Below, one piece after another: positions 12,861 to 27,044 of a stretch of 64,000 nt of DNA; the stretch's first letter is position 1; each line of letters opens with the position of its first letter. Location: the NCBI RefSeq assembly GCF_009914755.1, contig NC_060931.1; one strand, given 5' to 3'. The notes under the pieces are model-generated. The model saw only the letters and a program-made list of their open reading frames with translations, made no database searches and was not told where the DNA came from. Source of the DNA: the human T2T-CHM13v2.0 reference genome, Homo sapiens. A program made the translations under genes and the position numbers.

Positions 12861-15800
12861 ACTAATCTAAAAGTATTACTTGTGGATTTTCTACTTAAAC
12901 ATTCTTATTAATCTGTTGAAAATGCATAGAGCCAAAAGATAAAAATTTAGGCTCTGGCTGAACTGGATTAAGGTTTTTTTGTTTTTGTAATTTTAGAAGT
13001 GTAATGTATGTAAAAATATCATGGTTGAATTCCAGGAGGATTTATGAACATCTAAGATCTTTATCATTTCTTAGGGAATGGAAATCAGTAATGAAATAAG
13101 GAAAGTTTTATTGACCATAAATATCTTGCAAATTGAACAAGTAGAACAATGTTTTAACCTTATTCTTTCAGCCCTGAATGTTGCTCACCAGTTTTGAAAA
13201 TATTTGAAAACTTTTAAATATCTTTCTATATTTTGTAAAGATGATGAACATTTATAAGTTTAAAATTCCCCCATAAAGAATTTTTCCTGTCCAGAATGGT
13301 AACTCCTCCTCCTTGATCACCACATTCTGCCTCCACACCTGCTAGCAGTATATCGAATTCTCAACCCCATTTAAGCATGGTGCTTTCTTTTCACATCATC
13401 ATATTTAGTTTTTAAGCAATCTGCTGCTCTGGATTTTACTTGATATAGACTTTTATGTCTTTGAAAGAAGAAATATTCTAAGATAATATCTTACCACTTA
13501 TTCATTTAGACATTTCATCTCATGGTCATTTAATCAATGACCATGATATAGATACATCCCTAGTCATTGAACAGAACCTTGGCATACTGATAAGCGATAA
13601 TGTCTATAAGATACAACAAGCAGAATCATATATTCGTGTCTGTGATGATGTACTACCAAACTCACTTGGGTACTTTTAATGTATGATCTCAGAATCTGTG
13701 AGAGTAACACCTAAGAATCCATACTTATTTTCTGCACAAAGTTACAGAATTATTGGGTTAAGATTCAAGTCTTTTTCCTTTGTCCACTGTCTACCATTTT
13801 TGTTGTAGATTTAGTAAAAAAAAAAATTACTTGAGACAATCGTTCGAATTAATACAGAATATACATAGGTACAACAGGTACAATAGGTATACTGTCTTGT
13901 ATATTTCCTGTGAAATATACAAGAAAAATAAAGGTTCAATAGGTATATTGTCTTGTGTCTTCCCTGAGAAGACTGAGAAGAGGGTATAGCTAAATGAGTT
14001 AGGGGTTTGATTTTAAGGGACCTGACTGGGACATTCAAAGTAAATAGTCTCAGTTAATATGTAATAATGTAAGGCTGTGGTAAACATAGTTCCTATCTCT
14101 ACTGCCCCCAATCTAAAAAGGTATACCATCCACAGTCATTTCTTGGCAGTCAGGTGATATCTGTAGAGTACTAGGTTATGTATCCTTAGGAGAAACATCT
14201 ACCAAAAATGGACAAAACTCTTCTGCCCACATGTTCATGAACTCTAATTTTCATACACTATATCTCACTCCATATGGAACTCAAATGAGGGCCATGCAGA
14301 AACTGCCGCCAATATGATTAATGAGTGAACTCTACACTGCCTGTCAATTTCTTTAAAAAAAAAAAATGAGTCAGAATATAACAAAATCCCTATATTGGGA
14401 TAGATTTTACAGATTTTAGGTCACTTGTTCAAAGTGACTTACAGACATAATTAGAACCAAAACCAGGTGATTCAATCCTTACCCAGTGGGTATTTCATAG
14501 CACATTGACTATGATTATAGTTTTAAAAAGTTTGGACCATATGCTCCTGTCAAATCATTCTTTTTTTTAATGCATCATGATGACCAAAACTTCCCAAACT
14601 CAACCCTATAGAGAAACTCAGCAGTGCCTTATCTGTGAAGGGCCCATATTTGTGGAACCTCTTAGCTGCTGGAGTTTAGCAGAAGCACAATTCACTGTCA
14701 TCCAGTCAGTTTTCAAGATGTCTCTTTAGATTGTCATTTTATTGACAGTAATGTGTTGCTGCTGCTTTACATCAAACATGTTAATTACTTGAGTCTGGAG
14801 TTTTGAATTTTTGCCCTAAAGTGATTTTAGCTGAAGCATTATTTTGTTTTGTTTAAATCAGTCAAATAAAAGAGAGAGAGAAAAATTACTAAATGGAAGC
14901 CCACAAGTATAATAAAAGAATGGAAACCACAGAAATAGCAAGTTTGAAGTTTCATACCTATCTAAAAAATAAATAGAATAATCCAGCTTCTTCGTGCTAT
15001 TCTATTAGAAACTTCCACTACTCTGGGACATTCCATCTCAAATTTAAAAAGCTCCGAAACCATTCTTCACTAATCCTCTTTGCTAGGGTCATAAAAGACT
15101 TCATAATATGTATAAAATAATTACAATCTTTGAAATTATAAATCTCATTGTAAACTTATTTTTTTAAACGTTAATTAAAACCCCAATGTCCCAATTTCCC
15201 CTTAAAAGACCATATAGTATAGGACAATGAGCACTCAAGCCCTTGAGTTGCTAAAATTTAAAAATTGCTGACAATAACATGGTCTTTTTTAAGACTACAG
15301 TGTCCATTGATCATAGTGACTTCACAGTTTTCATTTCTCTCTTATTTGTACTCTAATTAGCATTTTGCGTGAGTACTAATGAATGTTGTTAAATTTTAAC
15401 AATATCTATTAGACTTTGTTTCCTGCAAAATGTAACTATATCTCAAGAAATAACAACTGCATTACTCCATCATCTCAAAAAACCTGTATTAGCATTTCTG
15501 CAGATTTATGGTTAATAATTGTACTTCTTTATCTCTATCTATTCCGTTGCCAACAAGCATACACGTATACATTTACACTTTCACACACAGACCAATATTG
15601 GATTTTTTCAAATATTTGCCAACTGCTAATAGTTTTTACCAGTTTATAAATATTTAACTAAGTCTAGCCACACTGATTTGCACCTGCTTTCCAAGGATTT
15701 TTTCTTCTTCTAAGACATGTCATATAACTAACATGGTAAATAGCGTGATACATTTTTAGAATTATTTTCACAGAAATAACCAGAAAAATATCGATTAGGC

Positions 15801-15964
15801 AAGTAAAATTCTACAATCTTTTATGATAATCAGAGCCAAATGACATTTAAGTAGTTCTATTTTGTTCTGTCATTTCTCCTGTTCCAATATTTTCACCTGT
15901 AAGTTTAAGTTACAGCAAATTCTAATGAGTTCTTATCCGTATGATGACTTCTTAATATGATAGT

Positions 15965-16170
15965 GATTAACATTTAGTAACCACTCTGTATGTGTCGGGT
16001 GCAGAAGAACTTTTTTATACTATGAACTTTTAACGCATTATTTTATTTAATTTTCACAACATTCCTTTCAAGTAGGTACCATTATCACTCACCTTTCAGT
16101 AGATGAGGAAACAATGACATGGCAGCAGCACAGAAAGAACGAGAGTCCATGCCTGATCCCTTAATGACTA
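15965..16170 (-). mobile_element. MIR fragment
   Basis: 'aacatttagtaaccactctgtatgtgtc...agtaggtaccattatc...agatgaggaaac'. Confidence 0.55.
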
Positions 16171-19100
16171 GGCTGCTTCTATTGAACACCATTTTGAGAG
16201 TACCAGAGAGCAAAATAAGGCATTTGTATTGGCAATTCAAGAAATTTTAGGGTTAAATGTGGAACAAAATGGGAACACTGAAAAGTGGTACTCCTGTAAT
16301 ATGTGTGTGAAATGAAAAGTTACATTTTCATTTTCACTTCCCCAGCATAACAACTCTTCATATCTCTGAGTTTGGGCCTATATTCAGGCAACTTTTTTGA
16401 AAGGCAAATTTGCTGGAGGATACCTTCCTTCATTCATGCATGCACATACCTGCCTTTACTATTCGCATCTTGAGCCAATTTTGCAGAGTTGGAAATGATG
16501 AAACTCCAGGTAGGGGAGAGACAAAAGTCATATGATTTTCCTTCTCCCACTCCCTCTGTGTCCCAATTTCCTGTAAATGTTTACTTCTGTAATCCACAGT
16601 TCAAATTTATTGTAGAGAATGAAACAATTTCTTTTGTTATCTGCTTTAGATTTACCAAACTCTACATTTTGTTCTAGAAATTGTTCTCACTTCTGTTGAT
16701 AATGCTCCATGTTTATATATTTTGATATGATGTCACTTTAGTAACTAATACCATCACTTCTATTGAAGCTGATATCAATTTTTTAAAAGGCTGAGGGGAC
16801 ATTATATGTGAAACTACTTAGTATGGTTGCCAGCAATAGTTGTAAATCATGCTAAATAACAGAAAAGTCTCATCATTAATCCCCCTATCTAGTCTTTTTG
16901 ATTCGGGGAGCAAATGCTAAAGAAAAATTTTTAAATGTGGAGAAAAGGAAAATTAATAGCAGGGATGAAAAGTGTGAAGGACTTGTCACAAGCGATGAGA
17001 TGTTAATGTATTCACAATAAGCTGTAAGCTACACTTCCTATCAAATTAAAAATATGCATAGAAATACCCAGCCTCGCATCTCATTGGAAGCAGGGCAAAA
17101 TCTATTTAGAACGAGAGGGTCATGGCTTCTAGAACAGTGGGGAAGACAGAAAAAGAAAGCAGAGAGAAGGGGACAGTCTCTCACACAAAAGAGGAAGAAA
17201 AACAAAAAGAAGAGATGGGGAGTTCCAAATATAATGGCTGTTACAAGTGATTTGAGTCTAAAATGTGAATCTACTTGCCAGAATGCAAAGAGCAGAGAGG
17301 CATGACCATAGAATTCCAGAAGCTCCCAGTCCAGAGCTATTTCCTATTTCCTTACTAAAGGTCTCATTGAGACAAAAATATATTCTTAACTCTGTAGACT
17401 GTAAATATGTGTTTTCAAATAAAATAACCACAAAACCTTTGAAGTGCCCTTTAAAAATTAATTTGATTCTTCTTCATGAAATAAAGAATTCTTATGTCAA
17501 TAGGCTGAAAAATTACAAAACAGATGTCAAATAACCTTCATTTTGCAACAACCTTCTATGAATCTGACATCTAGTTATTTCAGTTAACATCATGTATAAA
17601 ACTCAGAAACTCCGAAATTATGCATCCAAAGAATGGAATACTAATTCATGACAGCATGTTGAAAAGAGCAGATAGAACAATACACCACAACAGTACATAA
17701 ATTGACCAAATGAGACTGCATACGTTACCATCTTCCATGACAACAGAAACTTACTGACGGACAATTTACATCTGGTTTGCTCCCTTATTCTGCAAATCAC
17801 AAAAATGGGTTGCTGTAGCAACTGCCACATGCAATTTAGCTGGCTGGGGGGAAAACACCCTTAGAGTACTTTCTAAGAAACAAATACAACATGTATTTTT
17901 GTTGTTCCTCCTATCCTAAATTGAACAAATCTCCTGACAGGTCTATTTTCCCATAGCTTTAAAAATGGGCTTGCTCTCTGTTGTTTGCATTTGTATTATG
18001 TGTACTACCAATTTATGCAAAAGGTGAAAAGAAAAAAAAATCCATAAAAATATAAAAGAAATAGATAGAGATGCCTATATCTAGTCACATGAATGTGATA
18101 GGGCCATTGTCTTTTATAGCATCCCCACTTTTTATCACTGACAGCTCTTTTAGCCAGTTTAACTCCACTGATGTATGTATCAAATCTACGCATGACACTC
18201 CCAGGAATACACAACATCTCAATTCCTAATGCACCAGCAAGGGCAAGCTTATTTTTCTGAATCAGAAACAAGAGCAAGTACAAATAATAGGCAGTTAATT
18301 TTCTTAGAAACATATTTGTAATATCACAGTAACACATAACATAGTCTTTTTCCAAGGATACAGCAGAGGACCTTAGAACATATAATACCAACATTGGTGC
18401 ACATTGGAGCAGACAAATTAGCACCTACATGCTAAATAAAATGGGAGGAATACTCATCCTTTACCTACTTACTTCTCAATTGGGAACTAAGAGAAGAAGC
18501 AAAGTACCTGGAACACTCAAAGCCCTGAATGTGGAACAATTGAAGCACAAGTCATTGTTCTCCTTATTTAATGGCAAGTTTGACAACTTTTCAAACTCTA
18601 CAGACATTGGTCTGATGTGGGAAGGTCAACTTTTTTGAAGGATCTTAACTATCAGCCCTTGAAATAATAGAAATCTCTTCTCTCTGGAAACTCACTGGTT
18701 TTGAGAAACTCTCTAAGAAAAACAGTCCAATTAAAAACAAACAAATAAAATGAAAAACAGATATGTCTTCTACCATCACCATTTTTGCCATGTGGAAACT
18801 TCTCATGAACTTCTCACTGCCCTAGGCTTGAGTGAAAGGCTTGCTATTTTGAGGTGGAGACTCAAATAGGGCAAGAGTTGGTGAAGTATGGCTGCTAAGA
18901 GATGTGAGGGACTTATAAATAATATTAAGATAACAGGAATTAAAGTCTCGGTGTGTGAAAATACTGTATATCTAGGATGCACATAAAAACTGCCCTTACA
19001 GATCTTGCAGGGAAAAGTACCTGACTATACTGTATAAGACTTCTGCTGTACCATTTAATCATACCAAAAAAAATGGAATCAACACACAAATAGATTTCTT

Positions 19101-21144
19101 TTCCACTGTTCTCAATTTAAAAATAATTGGAGAAATGTGTGCTTTGTTTAGAAGAGTAAAGGAAAACATTCATTCAATAGTACCATGCAGAATGATTTGC
19201 TTAATAGCATTTCTAATATGTTATGCATGTATTCAATCTACTTCTTTCTATATTAAAATGCAAAAACAATTACTCTGGATGTAAATCCTAGAAAACAATC
19301 AAAGTTTCTATTAAATCAGAGAAGAGACAGTTAAGCTGCAATGTGATTTGCAGATGCTCATGAATAGACAATACTTAGAATCTCTCTCACTAGAATGTGA
19401 AAAAGATAGGTGGGAGAGATTCAGAAACTTCCTTCTTTCCCCTTTCCCTCTGTCTCTCCTTCCCTCCCTTCTTCCTTCTCTCTTTCCTCTCCCATTTTTA
19501 CTTTCTTTTTAGACAGACTTTGAAGAAAAGTTTTTATATAAAGTCTAATAATTTAAATTATATGGGCATGTAAAATTGCCTTATATTACAACGCCAGCCC
19601 TACAGCAGGTAGAAAATTCCTTTCAACATTCTGTTGTAAACAGTTTAGATTCAACTGATCAGTCACAGGGGAATATGGGCAGTTTCAACCTCTTACCACC
19701 TTTGTCTCTAAAAAGAAATTCTGGATAGTTCTTTGTATACTTATATTAAAGCCATTTCTGTTCATTAAAAACTCAATATAAGCATGTTGAAGAAGGGGCA
19801 ATGGAACATGAAGCAATGAATAAAAAGATTCTGTGCATGTATAACAAGCATTCTGTATTTTACTTTATCTGAATAGAATTTTAGAATCTACATGCTTTAA
19901 TTGGGGCACTAGCAAAGTAATAATCTCAAATATGAAATACAATAGATGCGTTTCATGCTCTGATTAAATGTCAAGGCCACAGATTTGTTATTTCAGATCT
20001 AGTGAGTAATAATTTTGTTGGCTAATAATGAACTCCCAAAGATTTATTTGCAACATTTGGCTGTTGCAACATTTCAAAGCTCTTGGTCAAGCTGTAGTAT
20101 TTCCAATTCTGCAGATAATATTATAGACTCTAGCATGCAAAGCTTAAACTTTTAAGTAAATTTTACTAGTTTCATGTGTGCTGCATAGATTTAGAGTTCT
20201 GCTGAAATTTTGCACCAAAAATATTTCCCAGTCTCAACTTACAGCAGATATTGTCTTGATTTGCATCAACTTTTTCTTAACCGAGTATATATGGCTTTCT
20301 TTACAATACTGTTTTTGTTTTTATTGTTGTTGTTGTTGTTTTCTCCTAAAGTACAGTGTCTTCTGTAAGTGTCACTTTCTAGTGCAGATTCTTAACCCCA
20401 GTCTGGGTTTGGAGACAAAAACCTCACAGATTGTTGATGTATTCCATTTGATCACTATCAGCTGGCAACAAGCATGGTCTGGCCTGCAGCCACATCAAAC
20501 CAATTTTCTAGAGGACTTTTCTCAGTACTTAACACTCAATTATATTAATGTTTATTATTGCTCTTTTTGTTGTTGATACAGCTTTTTACATTAATTCTGA
20601 AAGTCTGTGGCACTTTCAATCATTAAGAATACATTTTAACCTAAATTACATGGTTTTCTATGTTCTCCAAATACAAATGTCACAAATTTTAAGAAACTAA
20701 TCTGTATATCTTATACCCCCACTACACTGTGCTATTACTAGAGATATAATATATAAAAATCAATTGAAAACTATATCTCAAGTAAAAAAGATATACGAAC
20801 AAAACATACATATCTCCATTAGTTTCCTCACAACAGATTTATTCGAGATATAATGAGAGTAGACATTGGCTTAGAAGAAATTTATGATTCTTTTTAAACA
20901 ATCACAGATTTAATTATACCCTTCTAAAGTGGGTATTGTTACACTTTTGTAATCTCCTGAATTTAAAAAAAACATATTTATTTCTGTTTGCCAAGCTTAC
21001 ATCATCACTCAATAGTTCATGCATACAAACCACATGAGTCAATTCAGCATTCACCAACAAAACAAAGGTCACAAATGAGTACCTCGTACAGCAAATTTTT
21101 TTAAATGTATAATAAGATGGAAATTTATAATTAAAAGCAACTGA

Positions 21145-21400
21145 TATTCATTCATTCATTCAGTAGATATTTATTGAACAACAATAGCAGGCAATATTCT
21201 AGCTAGGCATTGGAGATCCATAGCTCTGAATAAAACGGAAACAACTTTAATAAAGCTAACATTCTAGTGGAGATGATGGGAAGTAAGCAATAAACAAAAA
21301 GCAAATAATTTCTAGCAGTCTTAAATGATCTATAAAGAAAACAACATGGTGAGAATAAGAATGACTTTAGGGGATATTTTAAGTAAGGTGGTCCGTAAAT
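21145..21400 (-). mobile_element. L2 LINE 3' fragment
   Basis: (ATTC)n tail followed by 'atatttattgaac...ctaggcattggagat...aagctaacattctagtgg'. Confidence 0.6.
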
Positions 21401-21533
21401 AAGGTATTATCAAGAAGAATTAAAGACCAAATTAAAGAACAAACATCTAGAATGTGTAAAACATTTTCAGTACAATTTAACATGTTCATTGCCAGCTACA
21501 TGATAAACCATTAACTTTCCTTCCATAATTAAG

Positions 21534-21631
21534 TTTTTTTTTTCAAGTCAGGTTTCCAAGGTATGACGGAGGCACATCTCATACAAGAGCAAGAAAACCC
21601 AATCATCATGCTTACGAACTACAAAAGCATC
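21534..21631 (-). pseudogene. U13 snoRNA (SNORD13-like) retrocopy, short form
   Basis: The minus strand reads ATGCTTTTGTAGTTCGTAAGCATGATGATTGGGTTTTC...GAGATGTGCC...CCTTGGAAACCTGAC, matching the U13 5' half. It has a polyA tail (T run 21534-21543) and TSD TAATTAAGTTTT at 21526-21537 and 21633-21644. Confidence 0.85.
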
Positions 21632-21829
21632 TTAATTAAGTTTTAAAAGAAAGTATCATTTAATTTCACTGTGCAAAGAAGACAAGTCAGCACACAAGTA
21701 TAGGCTTACTCAGTGAGTAAGACATAGGTCTAGACATGAAGGTGTTTCATTAACAACTAGTAAGGGGGCAATCAAGTACATATATATCTGCGACACAAAG
21801 CTTTATTACACAGAGCTCACAGGAAGAGA

Positions 21830-22050
21830 CCTGAAAATGGAGTCAAGGACCTGGAATAGAGTTCAGGAGCCATCACTGATAATGCCCCTTCAACTTTCAC
21901 CACCTCATGAAATCTCTCTGAGTTATCACCTGTAAAGTGGGTATAACTGCACATGCTGACAGGATTATTAGGGGAATCAGATAAGGTCATATATGAAAAT
22001 TGAACTGAATTTGTACATTGTAGCACAATATGACTGTGACTACTATCGCT
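21830..22050 (+). mobile_element. MIR SINE
   Basis: 'ggagtcaaggacctgg...ctctctgag...cacctgtaaagtgggtataa' resembles MIR. Confidence 0.55.
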
Positions 22051-22126
22051 GTTTTCATTGTTTGTTGCTATTGTTATATGATGGAAAACTGAAGTTAATG
22101 GAAAGGGCCCTTAAAAAGTCTTCAGG

Positions 22127-22421
<295 letters not shown>

Positions 22422-23573
22422 TTAGGATCTGAACTATACTAAAATATGCAAAGATAAGTAAAGCATCAAAGATCCTATCTGTTCATGGATATTAGACATG
22501 AAGACATCATTAGGGAAAATGATATTCTTTTTCAAATCTTTGTTTCTCCACACAATTGATAGGAATCAGTCATTAAAGAAAACCTCAAAACTAATATTTT
22601 TCAAGTCCATATTCATTATTATGACAAAGTTTAATTATGCTTCTCATATATTTAGAATAGCTTTTATTCACTGAAATAATATCTTATCTTCCAAGAAAAC
22701 ATAAACAATACCAGGAATGATCACAAATATAGATTATATCTTACTAACCAGTGTCATGAATTAGAATTAACAGAAATCATGAAAAAGTTTTATTCGTTTT
22801 TCAGTTTGGATGTTGAGCTCCAAGCCCAAAATGGTTTAGCATAAACTTTACTACATAACTGTCTTGAAGAATATATATAAAAACATAAGTATAAATATCA
22901 AACATATAAGTATAGAATACAAATAACTTAAAGTTCAAAGAATGTTTCTACATATATGAAATTAATGTTGAGTAATTCTTGACTGAGCAATGTGAACTAT
23001 TTCTGCAGTAGACATTACTGATATTAATTTAATACCAGTTATTTAATTATAAATTTCCTTCACAAAATAATTTTGTCTTGGCATATTGGAACAGTAAAGT
23101 TAGGTGAATGTCCCAGATCAAATTTAAGGGATTCCAGATCTTAAATCATGTGACTGTGAAGGGAAAATTTCTTCTCCTAACTCAGATCCAATAATCTAAC
23201 ACTATTCATTTTATCCATAAAAATGTATTAAATCCTAACCTGTGAAGCTGCTATAACATAATATAAAACCATTTGCTTTTCTGAGCCTAAACTGATAGTC
23301 TGAAACATAATCCTAAATTATCTGGAAAGAGTTTATCTACTAAGAAATTTTCCCAAACAGGTGATTTGTCACTTAGCTTTCACCTAATCCACATATGAGA
23401 TGAATACCAGGCTTCTAAGAGTGAAATGAATGCAAATTTATAACCCTGTTTTGAAAGAACTCTTTTTCTCCATTAAGATTTAGAACTCCCTTTGGTGCTC
23501 TAGTCATGTACAACCTTGCAAAAAGACGCTTATGTGGGCATATCGCCCATGCTCTTCATGGGTAGCAGTTGTA

Positions 23574-23595
23574 AAAAAAAAAAAAAAAAAAAAAA
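23574..23595. repeat. Poly(A) run (22 nt)
   Basis: Seen directly. Confidence 0.9.
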
Positions 23596-24072
23596 GTTAA
23601 TGTTAGCAAGGGCCTACATTGCCCATTAACAAAAATTAAAATTTGGTAGGCATCACAAATTACACTGCTTTCCATCCCCCCCCAAAAAAAAATGGCCCGT
23701 TAGTATTTTTACTTCCCCCGCCCTTAATTTTAGCCCTCTCTATTCAACACATAAGGCAAAATGTATTTCATTTACTATGCCACTCTTTTGGGGGATCTCA
23801 TATTTCCCAAATGTTCATAACCTGATATAGACTAGTCCTTAAATGGTATAGTAGTCAAATATTATAAACACATTAAAGTAGAATTCACCATAAAGCTCTT
23901 ACGAACAGAAATAATGTGAATCAACTAATGTCCCCCCCTGCGTCAATAGTAATTTTAAATGAATTCAAGGGGGTTGTAGGCAACCAAATTTTGCAAAGTC
24001 ATCTACATAAAGTAGTCCTACATAATTAGCTTCAAGTAAAGAGTTATTGTGAGGCTTCTATAAAGTTAAGTG

Positions 24073-24126
24073 ACTGAACTCCATCCTGGGCGACAAAAGG
24101 AGACCTTGTCTCTGAAAAAGAAAAAA
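24073..24126 (+). mobile_element. Severely 5'-truncated Alu 3' end
   Basis: 'actgaactccatcctgggcgacaaaaggagaccttgtctc' followed by an A-rich tail. Confidence 0.7.
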
Positions 24127-24149
24127 TACATGCCTTTAAGTTAAGTTAG

Positions 24150-24536
<387 letters not shown>

Positions 24537-26052
24537 CTGAAAATGAAAAACTTTAACCTGCATATAGTGCCTTTAATTTCCACACAGGAACTAAATGACA
24601 AAGCTTCACTGACCTAGCATACATCAAGAACTTTAACTCTGTCTGTCACTTCGTACTTCAGAGTGCCACCAAGTCATCTCATATTAACCATTTAACACGA
24701 GTGTTAGGGAAAGAGCTCATGTCCTGTACAGTAATGAATTTCCACTCACAAAAAGATGCACAAACATGCACACAGCCATAAATATGGCCTCCATGTCTTG
24801 GTTGAAACTCAAAGCCATAATTCAGGAAGTTTTTTCAAAGCTTACAGTGGAATGTATGTTGTTCTATTTTTAAAACTTTTTTGTATCCTCTGGACACAAA
24901 TATAGCAATGTTGTTTAAAGCAGATTGTCAGGAATTTAAGCAGGAAACAAACCACAGAGCATGAGGGAAATCTGACACACTTTTGAAAAGAAAATAGACA
25001 AACAATCCCATGCTTATTATAGGGAACTAAAAATACAGCCCACATCGCTATTATCGTCTTCCTTAGGTATAGTAACAGAAAAGCACCATCCAACTCTGAA
25101 CTCATGGCAGGCATCAGCTAACCCCAGCACACCCGAAAATGTGGTGCTATAATTTAGTCTCTTGTTTATTGCATTTGAAAAAATTCTTTCAAACTGAAGG
25201 AGCTAATTTTATTTCCTTTCTTTCAACGTATGTTTTATCTTCTCAATTCTTAGTAAAAACGTAAAACACTGATATTAGTGTTGTTTTATTTAATAGCAAT
25301 GAGAACCATATTTTATTATATGCAGAACAGAAAGTGAACTACCCAGAAACCTTCTACTCTGAGTTCCTTCAGAGTAATGTTCCCCTCCAAAATATAATTT
25401 TAAGATTTCTGTAATAATATTGTAACTAAAATGTTCTTCATTCTCTATCTATACTAGGTCATTGGACTCTTGTCCACAGGCTTCCTTACCTTCTTTACAA
25501 ACCAGTGACTTTCTATTCTGTCAAACTGAGTTAATCAAGGAATACAAATGAGTTGAAAACCTTTTTGCTGCCATCCTTTTACAGCATATCTATGCTTCAA
25601 AACCATCCCTCCTGAGAATGATAAAAGCATTTACTTATGGCAATCAATATAGAATAGTCTTTTTTTTTTGTATACATGTCTATCATGTCCTCCCATGTAT
25701 AAGGCCCTAGAGAGTAGTGCTTGCAAGATCAGAAAGCATAAGGCAGCATACTTGTGCCTGTTCATAAAATCAACTCAAGCTGCAATCACTTCATTTATTT
25801 TTTTCTTTTAACTATACCAGGGAGATGGACAGTCTTCATGTGACATAAAGAATGGAGACTTCAAAGACAGGATATTTGGCTATCTTCCAATAAAAAAATG
25901 ACTTAAAAATTGTTTAAATTATCTGGATAATTACCCCAAATGTTTTCATCTGAAATGCAGGATAATTGAAAGAGGGTCTACATGAGACACACATTTCCCA
26001 AACCATTGTACTGCAAGGCACAATGTAAGTCTGTCTCCTGTCATTCAAGCAG

Positions 26053-26106
26053 GGGAATTTCCAAATCTAGTTGGAAATTCCTTTGAAGATAAAAGGATGA
26101 CATCAT
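26053..26106. promoter_or_regulatory. Inverted pair of NF-kB-like sites with adjacent TCF/LEF and CRE-like motifs
   Basis: GGGAATTTCC (26053-26062), GGAAATTCC (26073-26081), CCTTTGAAG (26080-26088), TGACATCA (26098-26105). Confidence 0.4.
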
Positions 26107-26402
26107 TTACCAGTCATACTACCACACTAACTTCTCAAATAAACTGGAACTAAATCATAAGAATGAGCTTTTAGAGACCAAAACTTACGAGAGAATAAGG
26201 AAAGCATATTTGGGCAGACTTTTCCTCTCAATTTATGTGAAATGTGTAAAATACAAATTAAGGCCTAATTAAATCCCTCTAAATATCTATTGATAGAAAT
26301 AAAGAGTGGACAAAATGGGAAATTTTAATGCATAAATTTAGTCAGTCACATTCAAAATTTTCTGAACAGAACTGAAGTCTCTCAACATACACATACACAT
26401 AA

Positions 26403-26406
<4 letters not shown>

Positions 26407-26435
<29 letters not shown>
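26407..26435. repeat. (CA)n microsatellite
   Basis: About 14 CA units. Confidence 0.95.
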
Positions 26436-26436
<1 letters not shown>

Positions 26437-26728
26437 TTTTGCCAGGAAAACAATGATTTCTCTTACAAGTGTATATAAATTACTCCTGACATACAAATGT
26501 TTAAAATTCTTCAAATTTTTCATGAATTTGTACAGCTCCTAAGGATCTTTTTATAGACTACTTCTGATGTAAATGAAATTAGCACCTTGTCTATCTCTAT
26601 GCCACTGTTTGACAGACACATAAAACGTGAATAAGCATGAAAAACTAAAAATATCATAAAATCTCTGAGTAAATCCTATCGGTATCCATCCAAGTACATT
26701 GTATTAAGTTTGCACAAAGAAATATATT

Positions 26729-27044
26729 GGCTGGGCGCAGTGACCCACACCTGTAATCCCAGCACTTTGTGAGTTCAAGGAGGGCAGATCATTAGGTCAG
26801 GAGTTTGAGACCAGCCTGGCCAACATGGTGAAACCCCATCTGTACTAAAAATACAAACATTCGCTGGGCGTGGTGGCAGGTGCCTGTAATCCCAGCCACT
26901 TGGGAGGCTGAGGCAGGAGAATTGTTTGAACCCAGGAGGTGGAGGGTGCAGTGAGTGAGCCGAGATCGCACCACTGCCCTCTAGCCTGGGCAACAGGCGA
27001 GACTCCATCTCAAAAAAAAAAAAAAAGAAAGAAAGAAAAAAAAA
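26729..27044 (+). mobile_element. AluS
   Basis: Full dimer with A / (GAAA) tail; TSD AAAGAAATA(T/C)ATTG. Confidence 0.95.

Noticed and set aside
18005-18424. 139-aa minus-strand ORF, the longest outside LRRN3
   Set aside because: No recognisable domain and an F/L/Y/C-rich composition typical of random AT-rich DNA. The same applies to 20178-20576 and 32103-32480.
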